Counted from the whole stretch's first letter, positions 24,440-38,282 are shown. The stretch: DNA of 61,398 bases, filler included, from Dugesia japonica (GCA_001938525.1; 6 parts of 6 records of this genome joined end to end with filler, not necessarily neighbours in it); one strand, 5' to 3'. Translations and numbers: made by a program. Notes: a model not told the origin generated them from the sequence alone.

Positions 24440-25020
24440 ATTCTATATCCTTCAAAGTAGTTCTTGTGACTTAAATATACTTAATGCATTGTTGAAATAA
24501 AGCTTTAAAACTGTTTTTAAAATTTTCTTTTGAAATTTTCTTCAGAACATATGTAACATTTTTCTGAATATCTTTTACGTCATGAAATTTCTTCCTTTGA
24601 TAATAGTTTTCAGCTTTGGTAATAACTTCATTCTTGACCGAAAACGCTTTACAATAATTGCATTGTGAACCGGCATTTTCATCATCATCGTTCACATCTT
24701 TCTTTTACCAAAACCTACAATCACAATTTTCCAAATCGATTCTCTACTTATTCCTATTTCGTTTTTTATCATCTTTAAAGTAATTTCAACAATTTCTTTA
24801 GTTTTATTCTGATTTTCATCATTTCTGATGACTAATGGACTTACACTTATCTCAATATGGATAGTATCTTTACGGCCTTCACAAAAACAAGATTACCAAT
24901 CAAAAACAGTTGATCTTGACAAAGTATTGTTCTCCTACATGCTTTAAACATTTCATAGATCTCCATAACTTTTATACCCAATTTTTAACAAAATTTTATA
25001 TTGATTTTCTGCTATTCAAA
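24440..25020 (-). mobile_element. mariner transposase relic
   Basis: N-terminal QKINIKFC*KLG...EIYEMFK...LSRSTVF; C-terminal KFHDVKDIQKNVT..LKKISKENFKNSF..L..QCI. Confidence 0.75.
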
Positions 25021-25685
25021 ATACTAGCTAATTTTCTGTGATTATTATTTTTATTGGAATTAGTTTAATAATTTCATTCGAAATGTTTTATAATTATCGA
25101 TTATTTTGTTTGACTCGTACTTTAGTTATTTACTTTTCCTAAATTTAATTTTAATTTTTAAACATGATTTTCTTATCCAATAATTAATTTTTTACCATGA
25201 AATGTTCTGTAATAATTTATCTAGTATAATAAATTTTCTAAATANNNNNNNNNNNNNNNNNNNNNNNNNNNNNNNNNNNNNNNNNNNNNNTATTTTCTGA
25301 ATTGATTTCCACTAGATAACATTAGTTTCTATCATAATTTTAATTTTTTTATTTATCATTATTTTAGGTTTGATTTTACATAAATATATTTGGAATTACA
25401 TGTTTCGTGGAAATTATCTCTGAACTTGAATATTATTGGTTATACTCTTTCTCCATTCTTTTAAATGTTTAATTAATTTTATTTAATGATTTTTAATCGC
25501 TTGATCTCTTCAATTAATTTGATTTATTCTTAATGTTGTATATTTTATTCCAATACTACTGTGCTAATTTTTCCTTTATAAGAAATTGTCCAAATAATAC
25601 ACAAAATGAAAGAACAATAAACTTTATATATAAATTTATACTTGATAGATTTATAATAAATTTTTAAAAATTATTTTAATAATTA

Positions 25686-25860
25686 CATCTAATTTTGTTT
25701 TAACACGAGTTTATTTTACGCGAATTTTATTTAGCGCGATTCATAAAAAATATTTCGTTAAATCAAATCAAATCTCTTAAAAACAGAACGTAATTATTTT
25801 TTTGAATTGCGTTAAATCAAAATCGTGTAAAATTAATTTGCGTATAAGCAAAATTAGATG
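25686..25860. mobile_element. Tc1/mariner-pogo type MITE (175 bp)
   Basis: Perfect TIRs CATCTAATTTTG / CAAAATTAGATG flanked by TA on both sides, with subterminal ACGCG/CGT repeats. Confidence 0.8.
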
Positions 25861-26550
25861 TAAGTTATTCATTGTTTTATTGTGATTCAAATTAATGGAA
25901 AATCTAGAAGATTTTATTAACAATATCTATTTTATAAAAACGAAAAATTAATAACACAAAGTATTCCAATTTCGTCTTTTCTCATATACTTAAATCAAAA
26001 AAAATATATTTGTCATAAATACAAACAACGAATGGTATAAATGTGAAAATTTGTTTTTTAAGTATTTATCAAATTTTAATGGTTGTACAAATGCGTTATT
26101 TGTTAATTTGCTGTATGTAAATTTACTCTTTTATGATGCAGTTGCAGGCTTGATTTGTATACATAATTTAAATCTCAAAGTTTATGTGCAATTTAACTTC
26201 ACTATGAATTATTACTATGTATATTGTTTAATTAGATTTTTAGTTTTTTCTTCAAGTCACTTAATATTTTTTGAGTAACCTTTAGTAATTTAGTAATGAC
26301 ATTAATTAAAGTAAGAAAAAAAATTTATAAATCAATTTTATGTTAAAAAATAATTATGAAGTATAGAATCTAACAAAATTAGATGTAAGTTATTCATTGT
26401 TTTATTGTGATTCAAATTAATGGAAAATCTAGAAGATTTTATTAACAATATTTATTTTATAAAAACGAAAAATTAATAACACAAAGTATTCCAATTTCGT
26501 CTTTTCTCATATACTTAAATCAAACAAAATATTTGTCATAAATACAAACA
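25849..26550 (+). repeat. Near-identical direct duplication of about 178 bp (25849-26027 and 26374-26550)
   Basis: CAAAATTAGATGTAAGTTATTCATTG...TGTCATAAATACAAACA is present twice with only a few differences. Confidence 0.9.
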
Positions 26551-27949
26551 TAAATACATAAATACAATCATAAATACAATCAAAAGAAGGATGAATATTC
26601 TAGAAAATATTTCTTTTTGAATATTTATGTGAATATAATAATCAATTGTGCACCACAAGACCATATTCTAAAGTAATGACTGGACATTTTCATAAATGAT
26701 GTTTAGCTTTGACATACTCGGAATGTCTACATATTAAGTGTTTTGCTGTTTTAAATTGATACGTATCTCTAGTTTCGATATAAATATACATCTACATTTT
26801 ATCTTCAACATTCTTAATTTACTTTTTAAGATACTTATTTAAGAATTTCTTATTTTGAAGAATGACTGTAAAATTTTAATTTTTTGTTATACGGTACATG
26901 TTATTTCAAATAAGAACGGGAAATATTACAAATATGATCACAACAGAATTTTTTTTATTTATATTTTAAAGCATTTTTTTAAGAAAAATATTTTTCCCTA
27001 TATATAATTTACTCAGTGAGTCGCTGTGATTAATAGAATTTGTCAGTTATATATTTAATATATTTTCTAGATACCTCTAAAGAGAAAGATTTGTGAGAAC
27101 AATGCATACATTCATTCAAAATACATGTATATAATGGGTACAATTTCAATTTAAATTTTTATTATTTTACCTGTACTTGTACTTTAAAAATTGATATTAA
27201 TTAGCAACTTATTTTTTTATTTGAAGACTTCCTCTTATCATTTGTTACATTTTGTAAGCAAGTATCAATCTGTATTATTTACAAATATTTATTTTAGCAA
27301 CAAATCTCTATTTATGTCTAATATTAATTTAAAGTTTTTAACTTAANNNNNNNNNNNNNNNNNNNNNNNNNNNNNNNNNNNNNNNNNNNNNNNNNNNNNN
27401 NNNNNNNNNNNNTAATATAATAATCAAATTAATAATATTATTTTCTATAAATTAACCTAATGATTCTCACACTTGTAAAACATCAATAAAAACAATGTTT
27501 TAAAATATTTTGTTTGATTAAATGATTGGTGAATTAATAACGAAATTAATCATTATAATTGTAAACTAAAAAAGAAATTTTTTTTGTTTAAAAGGGTTCT
27601 TAATTTTCATTGGTTATTAAAATAAGCTTAGATTTTTAATTAAATACAGGAGAAAATTGCAATTTAATGTAAAATTATTATTTTTATAGTTATTATACTT
27701 ATTTTTATAGTTATTTTATTATCGTAAATATTGAAACTTTGTTTTCGTAAATTTTAAAATTCCTTTCATTATTTTGTAGTAAATTCGATTTTTCCTATAG
27801 AAAGCAATTGGAACAAAACGATTACATGATAACCAAGTATTATAATGTNATTTGAAAATTAAGTGTCCGCAGATAGCCATGCTTTGAGTTATTTTCTTCC
27901 TATCAGTATCAGATATAACTTTAAGTTATTGAATAAATGTGTCGTACTC

Positions 27950-29262
27950 ACTTCGTCTACTAATACAGGTCTAATAATATTTGTAAAATAATTTATCGAT
28001 TTAAGATTGAAATTGGTAGTTAATGTGCTCGATAAATGAGTCTCGATAACTTCAGTATTAAGAATACATGAAAATTAATATTAAAAAAATATTACTTTTG
28101 ATAATATTTAACTCAAAACTTATTAATACCCAAAAGAAAATTTTCTAAAGCAAACACGTACAGTAATTTCTGATCAATATCTTAAATAATCAATAAATGC
28201 TTATTATTGAGAATATTTATTTAACAGTATATCAATAAAAGCTATGGATCGAATTTCAAAATTTATCTACGTTCAAATTTTTGACATTTTATGCTCCGTT
28301 AATCGTAGACTTTTCAGATTTATTTGATGTCGCGACTTTTCACAAACAAAAGCTAAATTAATTTAAAAATAAATTAATAACAAATTGTAAAATATATTTC
28401 CTGATAAATGCCATTTTTGAAAATTTAAATGAAGAAAAAATAAGATTTCAAATTCATAGTAGATAATATTAAAAATGAATAATTAATTAAAATGAATTAG
28501 TTTGCCTTAATATTAACTTAATAAATGAATAATTATTAATTTTTTTCAATGAAAGTAATAATCTCTAATTTATAATTAAATCCTTTTTTAATGATAGTCT
28601 TTTACCATTAAAAAAACCAACCTAAAATCAATGTAATTTATAATAAATAACTTCACTTGATTAAATATATTAGTCAATAAATTTCAATAAAATAATTTAT
28701 ACATAAATTAATAAATTTATAAAATTTTAAAAAAATATAATTAATAATTTAAGTGAAATTATTTATAAAATTAATTCCATTTTTTTATCTACATTGAATC
28801 ATCCTGAAGAATGTTGTCAAAATTTTGGATATTTTGCAAAGAATTAAAAGAAATCTATACTTTTAAAAATTTTATTTAAAATTTAAACGGAAGTAGTTAA
28901 ATTCTAGTTATGAATTAATATAAAAAATCAATAAATAATAGATGAAGTTGTTTGCCTTAATATTAATTTCATTAAATGAATAATTATCAATTCTTTGTCA
29001 AAAAAGTAGGAAGAAGTCGTTTATTTTTTATTGAATATCAGAAATTTTAACAATAGTCTATTGTCAATTAAAAAACAAATCCAAAATTCATGTAATTTTT
29101 AATAAATAGTTCAAATATATAAATAATTTAAATTAAATTCATTAAATTAAGATAAGATCATTTCAAATTTTCTATTTATATTAAGTCCATGAAGACTATT
29201 CTCGAAAATTTGGATATTTAATAAAGCATTAAAGAAAATTTTTTTACGGTCATTTAAAATTT
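27950..29262 (+). mobile_element. Probable highly decayed Penelope-like 3' end (GIY-YIG trace plus two diverged tandem repeats with hammerhead-like cores)
   Basis: KIIYRFK..GS*..LRIHE trace near 27990-28070. Diverged repeats at 28500-28885 and 28950-29262, each with an atc/gtcc-TGAAGA-N8-(G/A)AAA-attt-ggat motif. Confidence 0.4.
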
Positions 29263-29952
29263 TATTTAGTTTTAAAATAAGATCAATGGTTAAGTTCTTG
29301 TACTAAATGCAACTTTTATCTAATAATCCTAAAATTATCAACTTTGAATTTAAACAAATTAAATTATTTAGTAAAAATTTTGAGTAGCAACCCAATTAAT
29401 TAATAATAATCAATTCAATAAAATGTTCATAATCACAAACTTAACTCAATTCTTTGATTTTCATATTTTTATTAAAATTTCATCAGGATTTGTTAGACAA
29501 TTTTTATAAGAAATAAATTTTTAAAATACTTGTTTTTAAAATCATGTTTTAATTAATTTTTTCTTTTAAATCTTTCGAAACATTAATAATTATTTTTTAA
29601 ATTTTGGAAAAATAGTCTGGTTTTCATCGCATGTTTCGAATTTTTATCTTAAATATTGTTCATGGGTTTCTGATAATTTCTAAATATTTAACTAGAAACA
29701 TTCCGGTTTTTCATGTATCAATAAACGTGCAAATATAGTTTTTATAATATGAAAAATTTTCAAGGACTGGATATGAAAAATAAAAGATGAATTAGTTTTA
29801 TATTCACTATGTAAGTCTCAAGTGATGTTTTTATTATAATTTAGGCATTTTTACTGTGTTGTCATTTTTAAGCGTTGTTCTTTATAGAATTCATTTAATA
29901 TAAAAGCTTAGATCAAAATTTAGGTTTTAATTATTGATATTGGATAACAAAT

Positions 29953-30052
29953 NNNNNNNNNNNNNNNNNNNNNNNNNNNNNNNNNNNNNNNNNNNNTTAA
30001 TTAATTAANNNNNNNNNNNNNNNNNNNNNNNNNNNNNNNNNNNNNNNNNNNN
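29953..30052. other. Artificial assembly joint
   Basis: 44 N + TTAATTAATTAA (29997-30008) + 44 N. It supplies the false stop of ORF 30001-30777. Confidence 0.97.
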
Positions 30053-33000
30053 TGCTGCTGCTGCATATATTGTTGCATGGAGGAATCTGAATAGGTTCTG
30101 GTCATCTGATAATTATTCATCATGGATGGGTTATTATAATTTGGTGGAGGAACAGGAGTAACAACACTTATGTCTTCCATTACATTAGAATTTGAATTAT
30201 TATGATATGGAGGAGGAGGAGGCAACCCTATTGTTTGTTGTTGATTGTTATGGAATGTCGATAACAAATTGTGATCTTGTGCTGGTTGGCGCTGTTGAAT
30301 TTTGCTTTTTAAAGTTTGGTTAATGTTCAATTTGGATGTACGATTTTGACGAGTCATATTAATCTGGTTAGCTCTATTCGAATCGTAAACATGGGTTTGT
30401 GTGAAATGCGGTCTTTGAATGTAGTTAGCTTGCATTTCTGGGAAATTCGGTCCTCCGTAGTTAGCGTATTCCATTCCGTGACTCGGATACGCATGAGTGA
30501 TTGCCATACCGATATTTCCATTTGGTGGAATCATAGGAATTCCGGAACTATGACGCATTATCATGTTTTGATTCGGCGGTAAAATAGCTGGAGACGGAAC
30601 ATTTCTCGACATCGGATGATGAGATCCAGANNNNNNNNNATTATTATTATTATTGTTGTTGTTACTATTATTCATTGGATTGTTCGATTGATTATTAGCC
30701 GACCGTTTCGGTTTTTTACGTCTCGTTCCACTTATACCGGAACTGGCATTACTTCTCGGTCTTTGAAGGGGTTGCATAGCAACAGTGTCTTGAATTTTTA
30801 CACTTCCCGGATTGTTGTTNNNNNNNNNNNNNNNNNNNNNNNNNNNNNNNNNNNNNNNNNNNNNNNNNNNNNNNNNNNNNNNNNNNNNNNNNNNNNNNNN
30901 NNNNNNNNNNNNNNNNNNNNNNNNNNNNNNNNNNNCGGGTTGCTGATATCTTTAATGTCTTCCGGCATAATTTCCGGGAAATTCGTGTAGTAATTATCGG
31001 GATGGATCAATTTATCCGGGTGATCGTGTCCAATCATTAGATTGGCTTGTTCTTCTATCGGGAGAACCGGAGTGTCGCAACTGACAGCGGCAAACCACGA
31101 CAACGAAAACAGGTTTTTAATTCCTTCAATAACTTCCCAGGGGTTAATTCGTTCTTTTCTTTGAACAGCGCAACCTTGTTTCCCGCTTTTCTCGGCAGTA
31201 GTCAATCGATACTGTTGGGATTTATGCGGCATTCTCAACGGAACTGTTACAATCACATCGTAATTGTTTTTGAAACACGGTAACAGAAACGGTTTAATCA
31301 ATTCGACGCCTTCGTAGTTTAATTTATCACAGATTTCTTTACGGAGTTTCTTGGAGATTTGATAGAATCGGATAGTGCTGTTGTTACCGGGTTGAGAGAA
31401 GAGCGTATGAATCAGAGTGCTGATCATATCGAGCACGGTATAGAACAACTCGGAATGGTCACTGTGCATCTCTACCACTCCGTAAATGATCAATTTACTC
31501 AACAACAAACACCAATCCCCGCTGAACTCTGAGGAATCTTGGATCCGATCGAACAGATAACCGACCAATGCCAATCGAGATTTCATGCTGGTGTGGATCA
31601 AATGTTTCACTCGTAAATCGTCCGGCATTTTCTCGGTTTCTTTCGCATTATCGATATAGTATTCGATTTGATCCGACAAAGATTTCAGGAATTCCAATTT
31701 GTTCTCGTCTTTCGCTAGACAAACGACCAACAACGAAATGAACGGAGGATAGGTCAATATCAAAGAGCTTTTCGTCAGATCGTTTTCTTTGTCTTGATAG
31801 TTTTTATGAGTGCAGAAATGTTTCCCGCTTTCGAGTTTCTCTGATGCAGCGACAACCAATTGCCGCTTGAAATTATCAAACGGTAGTTTATTGATCAGCG
31901 AGGGGATTAGATAGGCGGAATTGATTTCAATCGATTCTGTCGGTTTCAAATCATCGTCAAACATCGATATTTCCTGTTGATTGAACTGGAATTCGGCCTG
32001 AGTTTTGAACAAGTTGATAATGTCTCTCGACACGTTCTCGATCACGTCCTTTCGTTCCTCTTCTGGGATCTGTGTCAGCAGCAATTGGATCTTCATTTGG
32101 TCGAAATGTAGAGACCAGAGATTGAGATTGGTGAACGTGCGGTTCATAGTATCGATTATATCCTTGCTGGTGCAACTCGTCTGCCAGAGGTGCTCTTTCG
32201 GGTGACAGATTATGTTGAGGAGATTTCTTGCTTGGCTGTTGGAGATGTTCTTGTCGATTAGAACGTTATCTCGTATGAGTCTCGACGGAGTTTCCTGGGA
32301 GAATTTGATTCTCACCCACGACACGCAGCAGATCTCTCGTAACACTCGCAATGTGAAGTTCCAGATCTTCATATTCGTGAAATAGTTGTTGCTGTTCATG
32401 TTCTCTTCATTGCTATTGCTGCAGTTGCTGTTCTCGGAATTCAGATCTCCGCGGTTCCGCTGTTGCTGCTGTTTATTGAACAACAACAACGACGACGACG
32501 GAGGACCGAATGAGATTTGATTGTTTTCCGATAAATCGAAATAATCCTGATCTTGTAGTCGACCTTTATCACTGTGAACAGCTAACATTTTCAATAGATC
32601 CACCAACAGTTCTGTTGTTACTTTCTGTAACGATGACGACAGCAGATTGGCGTCTTCCTTTTTGAATGCGCTATTGATATTGTTACCGTTACTGTTCTGT
32701 TGCTGTTGTTGCTGTTCCATTGTAAACAAACGGAACAGTATGTAACTCGCCAACCGAGTCGTTGGGACTATTGCCGGACAAACTATCGATTGTTGATCGA
32801 TACCTTGTGCCATCGCGACGCAGATAACTCTACCGAGAAAATCGATGAAATTGAAACATTGTCTCGCGAGCATTGTCGCGATAAGAGTGGAGATATTCTC
32901 ATAGAACAACAGATCATTCGACACGAGTAAAGCGGTGAATCTATTGACAAACGGTTCGTATCCGGGTAACGCATTAGTCGGTAAGAGTAAACTGTATATT

Positions 33001-35972
33001 GCAGTCATCCATTCTCCCGGTAACATCGGTACGTTAGCGGCAGTTTCTACGATAATCGTGTTGATTCTCGACAACTGATCGATATCAGACAACTGGGCAA
33101 TGTGCAGTAAGCAGTTGGCAACAAAACTGAATCTCACATTGACATTCGACTGTAAATCGGAGATTATATCGTGACAAGAGAGAACATTGTTCTTCAATAG
33201 ATCCATTCCGAAACTTTCCACATAATCGATATTTGAACTGCGATCTTTGTCGGGTTTCACCATGCGGAACAGCGATTCGATTTTCTTGATCATCGGTACT
33301 AATGGAGCCTGAGATTTCAGATTGGAACACGACTGGTAGAGCAGTAAAATCAATGCGCATGTGCACCGGTTAACGTAGACCATTGTCGATGAGCCACCTC
33401 CGAATGTGTTACGAACCATAACGAAGAGAGTTTGAAAGATTCGACTGCGAGATTCATTCATAAACATGAGAACCGATTGATATTTGAGCAGGAAACCGAT
33501 AATACAGATTCGGAATCGGGAGCAGTACGAGCTGATCGGTGAGAAATTCGTGATGAATCCAGCACGTGAGATGTGATCGATGAGTTTGATGAGATTATGC
33601 GAGCATTCGTCGATAATCCGGATGAGGAGCGAGTAGTTACACGACTGTTCGATCAGACACAGCAGTGTGTCGATGATTTTCGGATACGGCAAATACATAT
33701 TGTTCGGGATTTGTTGTTTGTTTGAGAGGATAACGTAGATGTTGAGAGCGTTAACGCAAACCGGGAGACATTGCGACAATACGCACTCCATATCGTAATA
33801 CGTGAGACATTTGAATCGGGATTGGATCGATTCTGCCAATCGATCGATCAACAGAGATTCTTCTCTCGGATCTCGCCGGGTTTTCTTACGGGATTTCTCC
33901 ATTTGGATGATATCGAACATGTAACCGCGTTTCGTGAACATTTTACCGATATCCTTTGCAAGCCGTCTGAGAAACTGTTTGTTAGCGTCGCGAGTTCTCG
34001 AGGAACAATAGAGTTTCTGAGCTCGTAAATTATGCTCATGAACGTAATCATCGTTGAACGGAATCGGGAAATGCATCAAGTACTGCAAATGCCGATTGTA
34101 GAGCCGATAATCGATTGTAGGAATCGAGGGTAACATTTGATTGAGTCCACTACATTCCGATCGGACAGAATCGGGATTATCTGTTGATGCTCGATCGAGT
34201 TCTGGAGATTTACATGAAACATTGACTGCCGATAAAAATCCACCAATAGGAGCGAGAGGTAAATACGATACAGATTCGAATAATCCACGTGCGATCATAT
34301 AGCTCATGTAATCGTTTACCGAGAATAATTCCCGCTCGATTAGTTCTCCGAATAAACAAACGAGATTTCTGAACGGTTCGCTGTCGCTGGTGACTGATGA
34401 ATCGATACAGGGTGCTTTCGTGTCGAGGAAATTGATCAATGACGTCTGTATTGATTGTTGTAGTTGTTGCTGTTGTTGTAATTTCTCGATAATATGTGCC
34501 ACAATGATCGCTCGATGAGAACCGGTACGCATCGGTGAAACTGCCCATTCACACAACAACATGAGTAACAAACTGTGATTCTCTACAACACCCAATCCTT
34601 CAATGATATTCGAATCTTTGTAGCAAGTGTAATCGTATCGATCCAATAAATCCAATACTTTTATCAAACTGGCAGCAGTTTGCTCTATTGAACATTCAAA
34701 TGATTCGTGTTTCCATTGGTTTTGTACTGCTAAACTTCGCTGTAACACAAATTGCTCGAGTTTAGCTATTGTATCTCGATAAAGATTATTTTCCGGCCCA
34801 GGAGGACACGGTAAAGCCGACAATGCGCATGGTAACATGTCTAAAGGAGATCCGTGCAGATAACCAGGACTTTTCAGATTATTATAAACAACTGCACAAG
34901 GACATTCGAGACTCAATGATATAATCAATCCACTCAGAGAAAACACAACAGTTCTATGAGTTGGACAATTCGAATATTCCGCATAATAATCCGTTATACA
35001 TCGATCGNNNNNNNNNNNNNNNNNNNNNNNNNNNNNNNNNNNNNNNNNNNNNNNNNNNNNNNNNNNNNNNNNNAGAATTTCACTTTCTTTAAATCTATCT
35101 CCAAAACCTAAAAGAAACGGTAGATAAAATTTCATCATTTGTTCATCGTCGGCATATTTTTCATTGGTTTGAACAAGCCATTGTAAAACTTCAGTATGAT
35201 CCAATAAATCATCATCATACATCGCTACCATTAATCGCATGAGATATTCAAATTCAGAAACTGCCATTTCGTATTCATGATCTATATTATTTCTCATTAA
35301 TTTTGTCCTAATTGTATCCAATTTTTCATTTAATATTCTAATAAAACTAGCAACCCAATCNGAAGAACTGTCAACATTTGATCTTGTTTTCTTTTTATTG
35401 CTTTCTGCTTGAATTGTAGCATGCATTGCACTAACTTTAATAAACCATATTGCTCTTGTTATTGGTACTTGATATTTAAATATTTCTTTCAACACATCTT
35501 CTTTTTTATGAAAATATGGTATACGTTTATTGATTAATTCAGCATAAGGAACTGTTTCGGAAAGTTGAACCATCCAATCGAAAATTATTTCCTTCGACTT
35601 TTCTAATGCTGGAATACATTGCAAATCTTTGTAAAGAGTTGTGACAGATGCTTTCCGTTTAGTTGTGTCTTGTTTGATGTTATTATTATGGCTTCTAACA
35701 ATCACAGCTTGCATATAATTATTTAATTCAGAAAGATATGGTNTAGAAATGAAATCAAAACCAATATCTTTTGCTGATTCATGTTCCTCAACAACGGGTT
35801 TACTGTAATTAAAACCTTCTCTAACACTGTACTCAGTTAATAAGTCTTCTTTCTGTTTATATTCTTGCTGATAAACATCAGGTGGACCTAATATAACTTT
35901 TTGTTGATTAAACCCTTCAGTCAATTTCAAGCATTTTAAGGGGTGAGTTTCCAAAGAATGATAGCAACTCAT
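30053..35972 (-). CDS. MED12: Mediator of RNA polymerase II transcription subunit 12 (CDK8 kinase module), 3'-truncated at the segment edge
   Basis: N-terminal [19 protein letters not shown]...[76 protein letters not shown], then a P/Q/N-rich tail. ORFs 30798-35972 and 30001-30777 join across the N gap at 30820-30935, where [14 protein letters not shown] leads in-frame into MQPLQ. Confidence 0.95.
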
Positions 35973-37377
35973 TTATATAGCAGGAATATAGAAGCTAAAA
36001 TGAAAAGAATTTCATTAAAAATATTTCTTACAAAATTTACAAAATAGATCAATTAAATAAGTATACATGACTAATCAAAAATGAAACTTCAAATTTTCGG
36101 TATAAAAAAATTTTAATTTTAATATTTTATAAATAAGAAAATGTTCTTTTAACATATATAAACAATTTATGTAAAACTTATACAGACTATTTTAAAATGT
36201 TATTAAAATTTTAGGTGTACTGCATGAATATAGAATATAAAAGCTTATAATTGCACTAATATTTAAATTGCCCAAAGATTTTCTTAAGTCGCGTCATATT
36301 TTTATGTAAATTGAAATTGATTTTTATAATATAATCTTTATAAAGTTTATTTGAGTTTCATAAATCGAGTTATTTACAAAGTTCATCTCGTCAAATAATA
36401 AATCTGTTTTAAATAGAGTCTAGATTGTTTATTTTAAGATCAATGCCTGAGCAAATCTTTATTTTCATAAACTCCGAGAGTTCTAAATATAAAGTTAAGT
36501 TTAAAATGCCTTATCACATTAGAAAATTTCAATAAACACTGATTTTTTTTGAAAAATGAATTAGAAAAATAATTTTCCAATCTAAGTTTTAAAAGATTCA
36601 TAGGCAACGCTTTTTAAAATATTGTCGTATTATTACTCGATTGAATTTATTAAATTTTAATTTCATCTTAAAGTGATTAAGACAAAGTTACTGCTTAACA
36701 TAAAATTATTCATTTTCATTGGAAAGATAAAAATTATTGAAGAGTTAAGGATTTATAATAATTATTTAATGAAAGTTAGCGAGGAAATCAGTAATTAAAC
36801 TTCAAAAACCGTAACAATGTCAAAGGCTTCAATTATATGAAACGTTTAAAATAGGAAAAAATTAAAGTCATTCGTGATACATATTTAGATACACATTTTT
36901 AAAAAATTTCATTGTCCTATTTTTTATATAGCATAGGATTTTCTTCAAGAACATATTGTTTTATTTAGTGTTCTTATTTTTGTAAATAAATCCACTTATT
37001 ATTTCACTTNTTCACTTGTTGGATGAGTGAATAAAACATTTTTTTAGTGTCAGTGTTTCCCACCAGTAAGGGAAATATTAAACTTTGGAAAGGGCTTCAA
37101 TATATTATAATTATTTCTCATTAATGACTACGAAACAGAAATGGAACTAATCATATTTAACACGTTGCAATAAACAGAGACAATCTAATTTAAAATCTAT
37201 TAGCTGAATTTGAGTATTCCTTTATGATCTAATGATAAAAACTCTTCAAAGGCAGATAAAGGGCTTAATCGAAAACACAATCAAATACAAAGTGGTGGGC
37301 TAATTTTTGCGCTGAAAATGCGTAAGGTTATCTGTAACCAAACATCAGCCAGGCTCAGTTGACACTGCTCATGTTAT

Positions 37378-37444
37378 AAGTACTAATAAGGCTTAGTGCT
37401 GCTGAACTTCTGAGATCGAACGAAATCGTACTCAACCTAGTATA
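37378..37444 (-). pseudogene. 5S rRNA 5' fragment (pseudogene or 5S-derived SINE head)
   Basis: Reverse complement TATACTAGGTTGAGTAC-GATTTCGTTCGATCTCAGAAGTTCAGCAGCACTAAGCCTTATTAGTACTT matches 5S motifs GATCTCGT.CGATCTC, GAAGTTAAGC and TTAGTACTT. Similarity stops before box C. Confidence 0.75.
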
Positions 37445-38007
37445 AGGAATTAAGAAAATATTGATGTAATCATTTAACATCAGTATTTGATATTATTCTA
37501 TAATGGTTTCAACATGTTTGTCATCCATGTTAATTAATTTGAATAAACACAATAAAAGGTCAACCAAATATATCTTGAGTACCATGATTCTTAGCTTTAG
37601 TTTAGAGGGTACAAGTATATTTCATNGGATGTTGGATAAGTAAGTTATCTATTGATAATGGTAATTGTAGAATTTTTTTCAGCAAGTGATAGTATAATAT
37701 ATTCAAGTCACCAACTGTTAAAATGTGGACACATTTTTTGTGACACCCAATATAAAAATAGGTTTATGCAAGAAAAGGCAGACTCGTTGATTATTGTACT
37801 AAAAGAAATATATGTATGGCTTAATTCGTTTTATTACACAAAAAATGTTTTTACTAAAGTATACGTAGATTTTCTTCGTAGGTATTTTTATTTAAATTAA
37901 CATACCGTATAATTCCTCAAATAAGCTATGGCTTATCTATAAAAAATTGTTTTTTTGAATAAATTTACATTTTACAATTTATCTATAAATAATATTGTTT
38001 TTAAAGC

Positions 38008-38282
38008 GTTTATGGTAATATATGGCCGTTCTTAGTTTATGGAGTGACTTGACAGGTTAGTTCCAAAAACGAACGAGTTTCTAACTTGCTAAATAGTGTA
38101 TTTATTTTAATTCGTAAATAATCTTTTCTTGGAAGAATAAATAGCGTCTAGCTAATTGAAAAAGAGCAATAACAGATTTTTAATGTCCTTAGATGTCCAG
38201 GGCCGCATATGCACTGCAATGGCAGTTCCAGCAAGTATACTTTACTAGAAATAGTTGGGCAATCTTGTGAAACCGATTGTTT
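38008..38282 (+). pseudogene. 18S rRNA fragment (V7-V8 region), decayed
   Basis: ATGGCCGTTCTTAGTT..TGGAG, AACGAACGAG..CTAAC.TGCTAAATAG, GAGCAATAACAG, CCTTAGATGTCC.GGGCCGCA. Many substitutions in universally conserved positions. Confidence 0.92.

Noticed and set aside
29440-29720. Additional hammerhead-like CTGATGA/GAAA combinations
   Set aside because: Stems are not convincingly paired; compatible with chance in AT-rich DNA.
30001-30777. Separate 258-aa gene downstream of MED12
   Set aside because: Its frame is open upstream to the N gap at 30820. It is the low-complexity MED12 C-terminus, the apparent frame change comes from the estimated gap length, and its stop is in the linker.
30316-34548. 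Many short antisense or alternative-frame ORFs overlapping MED12
   Set aside because: Expected shadow ORFs in a GC-richer coding region; no motifs.
38008-38282. Functional rDNA unit
   Set aside because: Only about 275 nt, with substitutions in universal positions and no adjacent ITS, 5.8S or 28S.
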